Assembly (NCBI GenBank): GCA_965223075.1
Contig: OZ244986.1
Location: forward strand, 3,204,462 to 3,268,461
Length of the DNA: 64,000 bases
Direction of reading: 5' to 3'
Origin: Candidatus Marinacidobacterium sp.
Lineage (GTDB): Bacteria; Acidobacteriota; Vicinamibacteria; Marinacidobacterales; Marinacidobacteraceae
The translations under genes were made by a program, and so were the position numbers. The notes under the pieces were generated by a model. The model ran no database searches and was not told the DNA's origin. It saw only the letters and a list, made by a program, of their open reading frames with translations. Within the stretch, counting starts at the first letter, position 1. Each line of letters begins with the position of its first letter. This document shows, piece after piece, positions 41,746-50,121 of the stretch.

Positions 41746-42825
41746 ATGGGACGCCGCCGCGCGGACGCTTCGATCCCTACGCCGCCGGGCAGGGGATCCT
41801 TGCCTGCGGACTACGCCGCCCTGCTCGGTGAACTCAAGGAGCGCATCCGCGCGGAACGTGTGCGCGTCGTGCTGGCCGCCAACGAGGCGATGGTGCTGCT
41901 CTACTGGGATATCGGCAGGGCGATCCTCGCGCGCCAGAAGCGGGAAGGCTGGGGCGCCGGGATCATCGACCGCCTTTCGCACGATCTCCGCGAGGAGTTT
42001 CCGGACATGCTGGGATTCTCGCCCCGTAACCTGAGGTACATGCGCGCCTTCGCCGCTGCCTGGCCCGAACGTGAAATCGTGCAACGCACCGTTGCACAAA
42101 TCCCCTGGCGCAGCAATCTGGCGCTGCTGCACAAACTGGACGCCCCGGAGACGCGCATCTGGTACGCGCGCAAGGCCATTGAGCAGGGCTGGAGCCGGGA
42201 GCTACTCGAGTTGCAGATCGGCGCGCAACTGCACGAGCGTCAGGGCAGCGCCGTCACCAACTTCCCCCGGACGCTGCCGCCTGACGAGTCCGATCTGGCC
42301 ACGCAGGCGTTCAAGGACCCGTACCTGTTCGACTTCCTCGGAACCGCGAAGCCGCGCACGGAACGGGAGCTCGAGCAGGGTCTCGTGGACCATATCCAGC
42401 GCTTCCTGCTGGAAATGGGGGCCGGATTCGCCTTTGTGGGCCGTCAGGTGCTTCTGGAGGTCGGCGACAGCGACTTTCGCGTGGACCTGCTCTTCTACCA
42501 CCTGCAACTGCGCCGGTACGTCGTGATCGAGCTCAAGGCAGCCCCGTTCAGCCCCGCCTTCGTTGGCCAGATGAACCTGTACCTCTCCGCTGTCGACGAC
42601 CTGATGCGCCACCCGGACGACGCGCCCACCATTGGCCTGCTGCTCTGCAAGGGCAAGGACCGGTTGGTCGTGGAGTACGCCCTGCGCGATCTCGCCAAAC
42701 CTCTTGGCGTCGCGGATTGGGAGACCCGCCTGGTCAAGATCCTTCCGGACGATCTGAAGGGAAGTCTGCCGACCATTGATGAAATCGAGGCGGAACTCAA
42801 AGAGTCGGATGGAGAAGATCGATGA
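41746..42825 (+). CDS. DUF1016/YhcG-family PD-(D/E)xK nuclease
   Basis: YhcG N-domain (ERVRVVLAANEAMVLLYWDIGRAI...GFSPRNLRYMRAF...IPWRSNLALL) plus C-terminal PDDEXK core (DLLFYH...YVVIELK); start trimmed to ATG 41746 because the upstream track extension is Arg-rich and overlaps REP DNA. Confidence 0.8.
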   Translation: MGRRRADASIPTPPGRGSLPADYAALLGELKERIRAERVRVVLAANEAMVLLYWDIGRAILARQKREGWGAGIIDRLSHDLREEFPDMLGFSPRNLRYMRAFAAAWPEREIVQRTVAQIPWRSNLALLHKLDAPETRIWYARKAIEQGWSRELLELQIGAQLHERQGSAVTNFPRTLPPDESDLATQAFKDPYLFDFLGTAKPRTERELEQGLVDHIQRFLLEMGAGFAFVGRQVLLEVGDSDFRVDLLFYHLQLRRYVVIELKAAPFSPAFVGQMNLYLSAVDDLMRHPDDAPTIGLLLCKGKDRLVVEYALRDLAKPLGVADWETRLVKILPDDLKGSLPTIDEIEAELKESDGEDR

Positions 42826-42868
42826 GACCAATGTGGTCGAGCTAGTTCCGGCATCCCGGTTTCGCGCC

Positions 42869-45202
42869 TTGTCCCGCCCTGCGCATCGTGCCGTTTTCGC
42901 CGGCGCCGCCCTGATCGTTCCGGCCTTGCTGTGGGGGCAATCCGGAGACCCCGGGGAGCGCCAGGACGGGCAGGGCTCGGCGCCGGCGCCCACCTTCGCG
43001 GTGCGCGGACCCGCTCCCCCCGACCTCCCCGAGATGGTCCGCCGCGACGAGGCCGGCGGGGCCACCATGCGCGCCACCCGTCTCACCGAGCCGTTCGAAC
43101 TGGACGGCCGCCTTGACGACGCCATCTACGACCGGGTGCCCGGGGTGGGCGGTTTCATCCAGGCGCTGCCCCTCGAAGGCGAACCGGCCACCGAGCCGAC
43201 CGACGTCTGGGTCTTCTACGACGACGAAGCGGTGTACATCGCCGGCAGGTGCTGGGACAGCCAGCCCCACCGCATGGTGGCGAGCGAGATGCGGCGGGAC
43301 AACTTCGGCATCTTCAACAACGAGAACCTCGCGGTCATCCTGGACACCTTCTACGACCGCCGGAACGCCTTCTTCTTCTACATGAACCCGATCGGCGGGT
43401 TCTTCGACGGCCTCATCGCGGACGAGAACCCCCCCAACCGCGACTGGACCGCGGTCTGGGACTCCCGGGCGGCCCGGTTCGAAGACGGCTGGACCATGGA
43501 GATGCGGATCCCGTTCAAGACGCTGCGCTACGCGAGCGGAGGCCCCCAGGTCTGGGGGATCAACTTCCGCCGCATCGTGCGCTGGAAGAACGAGCTGTCC
43601 TTCCTCACCCGGGTCCCCGCGGCCCTCGGACCCCGCGCCATCACCAAGATCAGTTCGGCAGGAACGCTCGTGGGCCTGGAGGCGCCCACCAGTTCCCGGA
43701 CCGTCGAGGTGAAGCCCTACCTCATCGGGGACGCCGCCGGAATCCGCACGGGCGCCGGCGGGCTGGAACGGGACTACGGCGGCGACTTCGGGGTGGACGC
43801 CAAGGTCGGGATCACCAGCGGCCTCATCGCCGACCTCACCTGGAATACCGACTTCGCCCAGGTGGAGGCCGACGCCCAACAGATCAACCTCACCCGCTTC
43901 AGCCTCTTCTTTCCCGAGAAGCGGGAGTTCTTCCTCGAAGGGCAGGGGACCTTCAGCTTCGGCACTTCGAGCCGCAGCCCTCCGGCGGGATCGACGCGTA
44001 GCTTCGGCCCGCCCAGCAGCACCCCGGTGCTCTTCTTCAGCCGCCAGATCGGGATCGCCGACGGCCAGATCGTGCCGATCCTCGGCGGCGGACGGGTGAC
44101 CGGCAAGCTCGGCGACTTCGGGGTCGGGGCGCTTGCCATCCGCACCGGAGGGAACAACGCTGCGGGCGCCCCGGAGACCGACTTCTTGGTCCTGCGGCTG
44201 AAGCGGGACATCCTGAACCGCAGCACCGTGGGCGTCATGGGCACCTACCGCTCCCACACCGCCAGCGGGCGGGGACACAACTTCGCCTATGGGATGGACG
44301 CCCGCTTCGGGTTCTTCGAAAACCTCACCATCCAGTCCTACGCCGCCTGGACCCGGAACGAACTCGAGGACGGGACCGGGATGAGCTACCTGGGCCAGCT
44401 CGAATACAACGGCGACCGGTACGGGCTGAAGACGGAACGGCTCGTGGTCGGAGACGGCTTCGATCCCGGCATCGGGTTCCTGCGCCGCCGGGATTTCCAG
44501 CGCAACTACGCCGAGGCGCGCTTCAGCCCCCGGCCGCATTCGATCTCCTGGCTGCGCCAGATCGGCTGGACCGGCAGCATCGACCACACCACCGACAACG
44601 AGGCGGTCCTCGAGACCCGGATCCTCCAACTGCGGACGGAGGTCGAACTCGAAAACGGGGACCGGCTGAACGTGGACGCCGCCCGGAACCACGAGGTTCT
44701 CAGCGAAGAGTTCGTCCTGGACGCTGACGAAGGGATCGGCGTGGGGGTGGGTCCTTACGACTTCGACCACCTCAGGGTCGCCTACCAGGCGGGGCCGCAG
44801 CGTCCCATCTCGGGAAACTTCGCCTTCCAGCAGGGGGGCTTCTTCTCCGGGACGCGCCGCGAGGCAGTGTGGCGCGGACGGGTCGAGGTGACGACGCGCT
44901 TCTCCCTCGAGCCCACCCTCTCGATGAACTGGATCGACCTCCCGACCGGCGAGTACGACACCAACCTGATCGCGTCCCGGGTCAACTACACGCTCTCGCC
45001 GCGCAGCTTTCTCGCAGCGTTCCTCCAGTACAACACCTCCGCGAACAACCTCTCGACGAACGTCCGCTTCCGTTGGGAGTACGAACCGGGCAGCGACCTC
45101 TACGTCGTCTACAACTCGCTGCGGGACACCCTGGCGCCGGGCTACCCCGAACTGAACACCCAGTCGTTCATCGTCAAGTTCACGCGTCTCTTCCGGTTCT
45201 GA
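42869..45202 (+). CDS. DUF5916 family OM protein, paralogue 5 (subfamily B)
   Basis: Start reassigned to in-frame TTG 42869 (MSRPAHRAVFAGAALIVPALLWGQS), matching the TTG-MSRS... starts of paralogues 6 and 7 and removing the overlap with the YhcG gene; the track ORF begins at 42776. Confidence 0.75.
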   Translation: MSRPAHRAVFAGAALIVPALLWGQSGDPGERQDGQGSAPAPTFAVRGPAPPDLPEMVRRDEAGGATMRATRLTEPFELDGRLDDAIYDRVPGVGGFIQALPLEGEPATEPTDVWVFYDDEAVYIAGRCWDSQPHRMVASEMRRDNFGIFNNENLAVILDTFYDRRNAFFFYMNPIGGFFDGLIADENPPNRDWTAVWDSRAARFEDGWTMEMRIPFKTLRYASGGPQVWGINFRRIVRWKNELSFLTRVPAALGPRAITKISSAGTLVGLEAPTSSRTVEVKPYLIGDAAGIRTGAGGLERDYGGDFGVDAKVGITSGLIADLTWNTDFAQVEADAQQINLTRFSLFFPEKREFFLEGQGTFSFGTSSRSPPAGSTRSFGPPSSTPVLFFSRQIGIADGQIVPILGGGRVTGKLGDFGVGALAIRTGGNNAAGAPETDFLVLRLKRDILNRSTVGVMGTYRSHTASGRGHNFAYGMDARFGFFENLTIQSYAAWTRNELEDGTGMSYLGQLEYNGDRYGLKTERLVVGDGFDPGIGFLRRRDFQRNYAEARFSPRPHSISWLRQIGWTGSIDHTTDNEAVLETRILQLRTEVELENGDRLNVDAARNHEVLSEEFVLDADEGIGVGVGPYDFDHLRVAYQAGPQRPISGNFAFQQGGFFSGTRREAVWRGRVEVTTRFSLEPTLSMNWIDLPTGEYDTNLIASRVNYTLSPRSFLAAFLQYNTSANNLSTNVRFRWEYEPGSDLYVVYNSLRDTLAPGYPELNTQSFIVKFTRLFRF

Positions 45203-45214
45203 CGGCGCCGCGAA

Positions 45215-45300
45215 ACCGCGTATCGCCGACAGAGAAGAAGCGCGGGGACCGCCGGGAACGCCAGTCTTCAGACTGGCACAGCGGGCCGTAGGCCCGCGGC
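45215..45300. repeat. REP-like unit
   Basis: GAGAAGAAGCGCGGGGACCGCCGGGAACGCCAGTCTTCAGACTGGCAC... Confidence 0.75.
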
Positions 45301-45389
45301 GGCGAAGAAGCCAACCGTCGAAGTGGTTCTGAAGCCGCTTCTGACCCGGGCTCCGGCGTAGAGTTCCGGCGACCCCAGAGCCCTCTCCG

Positions 45390-47717
45390 TTGTCCCGTTC
45401 CGCGTTCCCGTTCGCACTCCTGGCGCTGATCGTTCCGGCCGCCGGGTGGGGTCAGCCCGGAGAGCTCGGCGAACGGCAGGACGGCCAGGGGGCGGCGCCC
45501 GAACCGGCATTCGTGGTGCGCGGCCCCGCGCCGCCCGAACTGCCCGAGATGGTGCGCCGGGACGATCTCGGCGGGGCCACGATGCGCGCCACCCGCATCG
45601 ACGAGCCGTTCGAACTCGACGGCCGTCTCGACGACGCGATCTACGACCGCGTGCCCGGGGTGGGCGGGTTCATCCAGGCGCTGCCGCTCGAGGGCGAACC
45701 CGCCACCGAGCCGACTGAGGTCTGGGTCTTCTACGACGACGACACCCTCTACGTCGCCGGCCGCTGCTGGGACAGCCAGCCCGACCGGATGCTGGCTACG
45801 GAAATGCGGCGCGACCACTTCGGCATCCACAACAACGAGAACCTGGCCGTCATCCTGGACACCTTCTACGACCGCCGAAACGCCTTCTTCTTCTACCTGA
45901 ACCCGATCGGCGGGTTCTTCGATGGCCTCATCGTGGACGAGCGGAACGTGAACCGCGACTGGACCGCGGTCTGGGACTCGCGGGCGGCCCGTTTCGAAAA
46001 CGGCTGGACCATGGAGATGGCGATCCCGTTCAAGACACTGCGCTACGCCGGCGGTGGTCCCCAGGTCTGGGGGATCAACTTCCGCCGCATCGTGCGCTGG
46101 AAGAACGAATATTCCTATCTGACCCGGCTTCCCGCCGCCCTGGGGCCGCGCGCGATCACCAAGATCAGCTCGGCGGGCACCCTGGTGGGCCTCGAGGCGC
46201 CGGCCAGCTCCCGCACCGTCGAGGTGAAGCCGTACCTCATCGGCGACGCCGCCGGGATCCGCTCGGCCGCCGGCACGCTGGAGCGGGACTACGGCAATGA
46301 TTTCGGGGTGGACGCCAAGGTCGGGATCACCAACGCACTCACCGCCGACCTCACCTGGAACACCGACTTCGCCCAGGTGGAGGCGGACGCCCAGCAGATC
46401 AACCTCACCCGGTTCAGCCTCTTCTTTCCCGAAAAGCGGGAGTTCTTTCTGGAAGGGCAGGGGATCTTCAGCTTCGGCACGGCGTCGCGGGCGCCTCCGT
46501 CCGGGTCCACGCGCAGCTTTGGCCAGCCGAGCAGCACTCCGGTGCTCTTCTTCAGCCGCCAGATCGGGATCGCCGGCGGTCAGGTTGTGCCGATCCTCGG
46601 CGGGGGACGGGTGACCGGGAAGCTCGGTGACTTTGGCGTCGGGGCGCTCGCGATCCGCAGCGGCGCGAACAGCGCCGCGGGCGCTCCGGAGACCGACTTC
46701 TCGGCCCTGCGGCTGAAGCGCGACATTCTGAACCGCAGCACGGTGGGCGCCATGGGCACCTATCGCTCCCACACCACTAGCGGGCTGGGGCGGAACTTTG
46801 CCTGGGGGATCGACGCCCGGTTCGGGTTTTTCGAGCATCTCGACATCCAGACCTACGCTGCCTGGACGCAGAACGAACTCGAAGACGAGACCGGAATGAG
46901 CTATCTGGGCCAGCTCGATTACAACGGCGACCGCTACGGGCTCAAGACCGAACGGCTGGTCGTCGGGGACGGATTCGATCCGGGAATCGGGTTCCTGCGC
47001 CGCCGGGACTTTCAGCGGAACTACGCCGAGGCGCGCTTCAGCCCCCGGCCGCACTCGATCTCCTGGCTCCGCAAGATCGGCTGGACCGGCAGTCTCGACT
47101 ACACCACCGATAACGAATCGGTCCTGGAAACCCGGATCTTCTCGCTGCGCACCGAGGTCGAACTCGAGAACGGGGACCGGCTGAACCTGAACGCCGCCCG
47201 GAACCACGAAGTACTGAGCGAAGCGTTCACGCTGGATGCGGACGAAGGAATCGGCGTGGGGGTGGGTCCGTACGACTTCGACCACGTCCGAGTCAGCTAC
47301 CAGGGCGGGCCGCAGCGTCCGGTCTCGGGTAACTTCGCCTACCAGCAGGGAGGATTCTTCTCCGGGACCCGTCGCGAGTTCGCTTGGCGCGGACGCGTGG
47401 AGATGACGACGCGTTTCTCCCTCGAGCCCATCCTCTCGCTGAACCGGATCGCGCTTCCGACGGGCGACTACGACACCAGCCTGCTCGCGTCCCGGATCAC
47501 CTACACGCTCTCGCCCCGCAGCTTCCTTGCAGCCTTTCTCCAGTACAACACCACCGCAAACAGCCTTTCGACGAACGTCCGTTTCCGCTGGGAGTACGAA
47601 CCGGGAAGCGATTTCTACATGGTCTACAACTCGCTGCGCGACACGTTGATGCCCGGCTATCCCGAGTTGAACACCCAATCCTTCATCGTCAAGTTCACTC
47701 GCCTCTTCCGCTTCTAA
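45390..47717 (+). CDS. DUF5916 family OM protein, paralogue 6 (subfamily B)
   Basis: TTG start; signal MSRSAFPFALLALIVPAAGWGQP; ends ...VKFTRLFRF; conserved upstream GGCGTAGAGTTCCGG motif. Confidence 0.8.
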   Translation: MSRSAFPFALLALIVPAAGWGQPGELGERQDGQGAAPEPAFVVRGPAPPELPEMVRRDDLGGATMRATRIDEPFELDGRLDDAIYDRVPGVGGFIQALPLEGEPATEPTEVWVFYDDDTLYVAGRCWDSQPDRMLATEMRRDHFGIHNNENLAVILDTFYDRRNAFFFYLNPIGGFFDGLIVDERNVNRDWTAVWDSRAARFENGWTMEMAIPFKTLRYAGGGPQVWGINFRRIVRWKNEYSYLTRLPAALGPRAITKISSAGTLVGLEAPASSRTVEVKPYLIGDAAGIRSAAGTLERDYGNDFGVDAKVGITNALTADLTWNTDFAQVEADAQQINLTRFSLFFPEKREFFLEGQGIFSFGTASRAPPSGSTRSFGQPSSTPVLFFSRQIGIAGGQVVPILGGGRVTGKLGDFGVGALAIRSGANSAAGAPETDFSALRLKRDILNRSTVGAMGTYRSHTTSGLGRNFAWGIDARFGFFEHLDIQTYAAWTQNELEDETGMSYLGQLDYNGDRYGLKTERLVVGDGFDPGIGFLRRRDFQRNYAEARFSPRPHSISWLRKIGWTGSLDYTTDNESVLETRIFSLRTEVELENGDRLNLNAARNHEVLSEAFTLDADEGIGVGVGPYDFDHVRVSYQGGPQRPVSGNFAYQQGGFFSGTRREFAWRGRVEMTTRFSLEPILSLNRIALPTGDYDTSLLASRITYTLSPRSFLAAFLQYNTTANSLSTNVRFRWEYEPGSDFYMVYNSLRDTLMPGYPELNTQSFIVKFTRLFRF

Positions 47718-47842
47718 CCCGCATTCTTCGGCCGGCCCGGTCGCGCGTCCGACAGCCATGGCCGACATCGTCCCCCGAGGGCGGACGATCCGGTTCGCCC
47801 ACTCCGCCCGTGCGTTGCGCATCCGGCGAATCGGGTCGCCAC

Positions 47843-47871
47843 TTGTCGCCTGACAGGCGACGGCCTACAAT
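47843..47871 (+). promoter_or_regulatory. Putative higBA promoter/operator: TTGTCG-N17-TACAAT with embedded perfect palindrome GTCGCCTG-A-CAGGCGAC
   Basis: Sigma70-like spacing; 8-bp inverted repeat overlapping the spacer, typical of autoregulated TA operators; immediately upstream of the higB start. Confidence 0.4.
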
Positions 47872-47877
47872 CAGCCG

Positions 47878-48156
47878 TTGATCGCATCGTTCCGCCACCG
47901 CGGCCTGCAGGCGCTCTACGAGGGCAGGACCGCGCGGCGGGTCGGACCGGAGCATGTGCGCAAACTACGGGACATCCTGGCGGCGCTCGATCGTAGTCGC
48001 GGGCTGGAGAGCATGAATCTGCCCGGGTTCCGGTTGCACGCGCTCAAGGGACCCCTGAAAGGACACCACGCGGTGTCGGTGTCCGGCAACTGGCGGGTGA
48101 CCTTCCGATTCGAGGACGGCGCGGCGGTCGATGTGGACTACGTGGACTATCACTGA
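47878..48156 (+). CDS. higB: HigB toxin (RelE/ParE superfamily, 'killer protein')
   Basis: MIASFRHRGLQALYEG...LHALKGPLKGHHAVSVSGNWRVTFRFEDGAAVDVDYVDYH aligns with the canonical HigB (MIKSFKHKGLE...LKGDRAGQHSIRIN.QWRICF...VDYH) pattern; TTG start. Confidence 0.8.
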   Translation: MIASFRHRGLQALYEGRTARRVGPEHVRKLRDILAALDRSRGLESMNLPGFRLHALKGPLKGHHAVSVSGNWRVTFRFEDGAAVDVDYVDYH

Positions 48157-48169
48157 GGAGAAGACGATC

Positions 48170-48457
48170 ATGGCCATGCACAATCCGCCGCATCCGGGCG
48201 GCATCGTGAAGAGGCAGTGTCTCGAACCCTTGGGTCTGACCGTGACCCGCGCCGCCGAGGGTCTGGGCGTCACCCGGCAGGCGCTCTCGGAGTTGCTGAA
48301 CGGGCGAACGGGAATCTCGGTGGAGATGGCGATCCGCCTTTCGAAAGCCTTTGGTTCGACACCCGAGACCTGGCTGGGGATGCAGATGGCCTACGATCTG
48401 TGGCAGGCCCGGGGCCGCGCCGGAGAGATCGCGGTCGAGCGCTTCGTGGCAGCCTGA
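48170..48457 (+). CDS. higA: HigA antitoxin (XRE-family HTH)
   Basis: MAMHNPPHPGGIVKRQCLEPLGLTVTRAAEGLGVTRQALSELLNGR; GAGGAG SD upstream of ATG 48170; follows higB directly. Confidence 0.8.
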   Translation: MAMHNPPHPGGIVKRQCLEPLGLTVTRAAEGLGVTRQALSELLNGRTGISVEMAIRLSKAFGSTPETWLGMQMAYDLWQARGRAGEIAVERFVAA

Positions 48458-48578
48458 TCCGACCGGCACGCGGCCCGCAGGACCGCTGCGGTGACATCGT
48501 AAGTCATTGAATGTTTTGATTGTTGTACGCGATCTACAACAGTGGACAGCACATGCCGAAGCGCGCGGAACGGCACAC

Positions 48579-48830
48579 CTAACGTCGCCAGCGCTTTAGG
48601 CGTTCCGGCTTCACCTCAACGTAGTCAGCCAGATTCTGACCGTCGTTGATCCCCCCGCTCCAGTTCTCGTTCCCCGCCTCCTTTGCGATCTGGGGTGGGG
48701 TGGTCCCGCTTTTTCGGATGTCCTCGACAAAAATGATCCCGAACAGGTGAGTCATAGCCGAAACGCGGTCGTCAGGCTCCCCCGCTCGCCTCATCTCCAG
48801 CAGTTTGTCAACAAGATGACGCTTCTCCAT
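48579..48830 (-). CDS. Small hypothetical protein (83 aa), possibly DNA-binding
   Basis: Perfect AGGAGG SD 6 nt upstream of ATG (plus-strand 48828-48830); locally lower GC; the track embeds it as the C-terminus of an implausible Gly/Arg-rich 313-aa ORF. Confidence 0.45.
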   Translation of the reverse strand: MEKRHLVDKLLEMRRAGEPDDRVSAMTHLFGIIFVEDIRKSGTTPPQIAKEAGNENWSGGINDGQNLADYVEVKPERLKRWRR

Positions 48831-49012
48831 GGCTGCTCCTCCTTTGCCTTGCTTCGCATGTTCCTCACTGTCACGATCCATCCTTGGCTTCACCAAGGCG
48901 ACGCGCAGAATATTCAGGTTCGACTCAAGCCATGCGGCTAGCGTTGTTCGCGAGGATTTGACATCGGCGGCCAGTGGCCGGCGAAACACACTTCGCAATC
49001 TCCTGCGTGCGC

Positions 49013-49783
49013 TCATTCCACCGCTCGGCGCGCCGGGTCCCACGCCGCGAATTCCACGGGTGCCGCCGCCTGTAGCCTTTCCAGCGCCCGCTTCCGCGCC
49101 TCCCAGAGCGTGTCCCGCTTCGCACGCGCCTCCCCAACCGTGTCCCGCTCCGCCCCCGTCGTCCTCAACGCTGCCCCAATCGCCACCCGCACCATTTCCC
49201 CGGCGGCCTCCAGCGCCGCGTCTAGCCCCTCCAGAGCTGCGAATTCCGCTGGAGCCGACGCGCGAAGTGCCTCCACAGTAGCGCGGAGTGCTGCTGCGCG
49301 CATCTCTGCATCGGCCGCTTGGAACGCCGCAAACTCGACGGGAGCCGACTCCTGGAGCCACTCCTCGGCCGCCTCCAACGCCGCATCCGTGATCTTGATT
49401 CGTTCGGCCGCTTTCTCCCACGCCCGGCGTCCCACCGCGTCCTCGGGGTCCGCCCATCCCGCGTCCGCCACCCCCAACTCCACGTTCGCCGAAACGGCCT
49501 CCCCTTCCGCCGCTCGCCACGCCGCGAACTCTGCCGGTACCGCGGCGCGAAGCCGGTCCCTCGCCGCCTTATGCGCCGCGATGGCCGCCTCCCACGCCTC
49601 GAATTCCTCGGGGGCCGCCGTCCGAATTCGATCTTCTGCAGTCGGTGCTGCCTCGAATCCCCTCGGGGCCTTCGTCGGATGCCCATCTTCCGCGGCTGGC
49701 GGGACACAAGAAACCAGCGAACCCGCCAGCAGGAGAACGAGCACCGCACCCAGAACTCCGGCCGGAAGTATGGGGCCGCTCAT
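49013..49783 (-). CDS. Repeat-containing lipoprotein (5 copies of an ~40-aa AP.EFAAW... repeat)
   Basis: Signal peptide plus lipobox LVSC; repeats APEEFEAWEAA / VPAEFAAWRAA / APVEFAAFQAA / APAEFAALEGL / APVEFAAWDPA; start taken at the internal Met (MSGPILPAG...). Confidence 0.5.
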   Translation of the reverse strand: MSGPILPAGVLGAVLVLLLAGSLVSCVPPAAEDGHPTKAPRGFEAAPTAEDRIRTAAPEEFEAWEAAIAAHKAARDRLRAAVPAEFAAWRAAEGEAVSANVELGVADAGWADPEDAVGRRAWEKAAERIKITDAALEAAEEWLQESAPVEFAAFQAADAEMRAAALRATVEALRASAPAEFAALEGLDAALEAAGEMVRVAIGAALRTTGAERDTVGEARAKRDTLWEARKRALERLQAAAPVEFAAWDPARRAVE

Positions 49784-50121
49784 TTGCCTTTCTGCGGGAG
49801 CAAGCGAAGGCAGGCCAAGAGTGAAGACAGTCCGTTTTCCGGTCATGGACAACTTCCCTCGGTGCGGGATAAATCGGTGACACGGAGCCTGCCACCAGCC
49901 GCCAACAACTCCAGAAGCCGGAGACGCGTGGCCGGAGATGGACTCTCTCGCTTCGGTGAGCGTATCAAGGTCCGCCCGCGCGAACGGCGTGCATGGTCTT
50001 CACGGAATATGGCGTGATCGACGGTGCGGTGCCCCAAAACCCCGTCCAGCAGCGAGCCCGAGGGCTCCCGGACCGGCCGCGGCTCTCGGCGTAGAGTTCC
50101 GCCGCCGCCCGAGTTCCGCTC

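Noticed and set aside
48579-49520. 313-aa Gly/Arg-rich ORF
   Set aside because: The N-terminal two-thirds is a (G/R)-repeat artefact antisense to the repeat lipoprotein gene. Only its last 83 codons, which have a perfect AGGAGG SD, are retained as a small gene.
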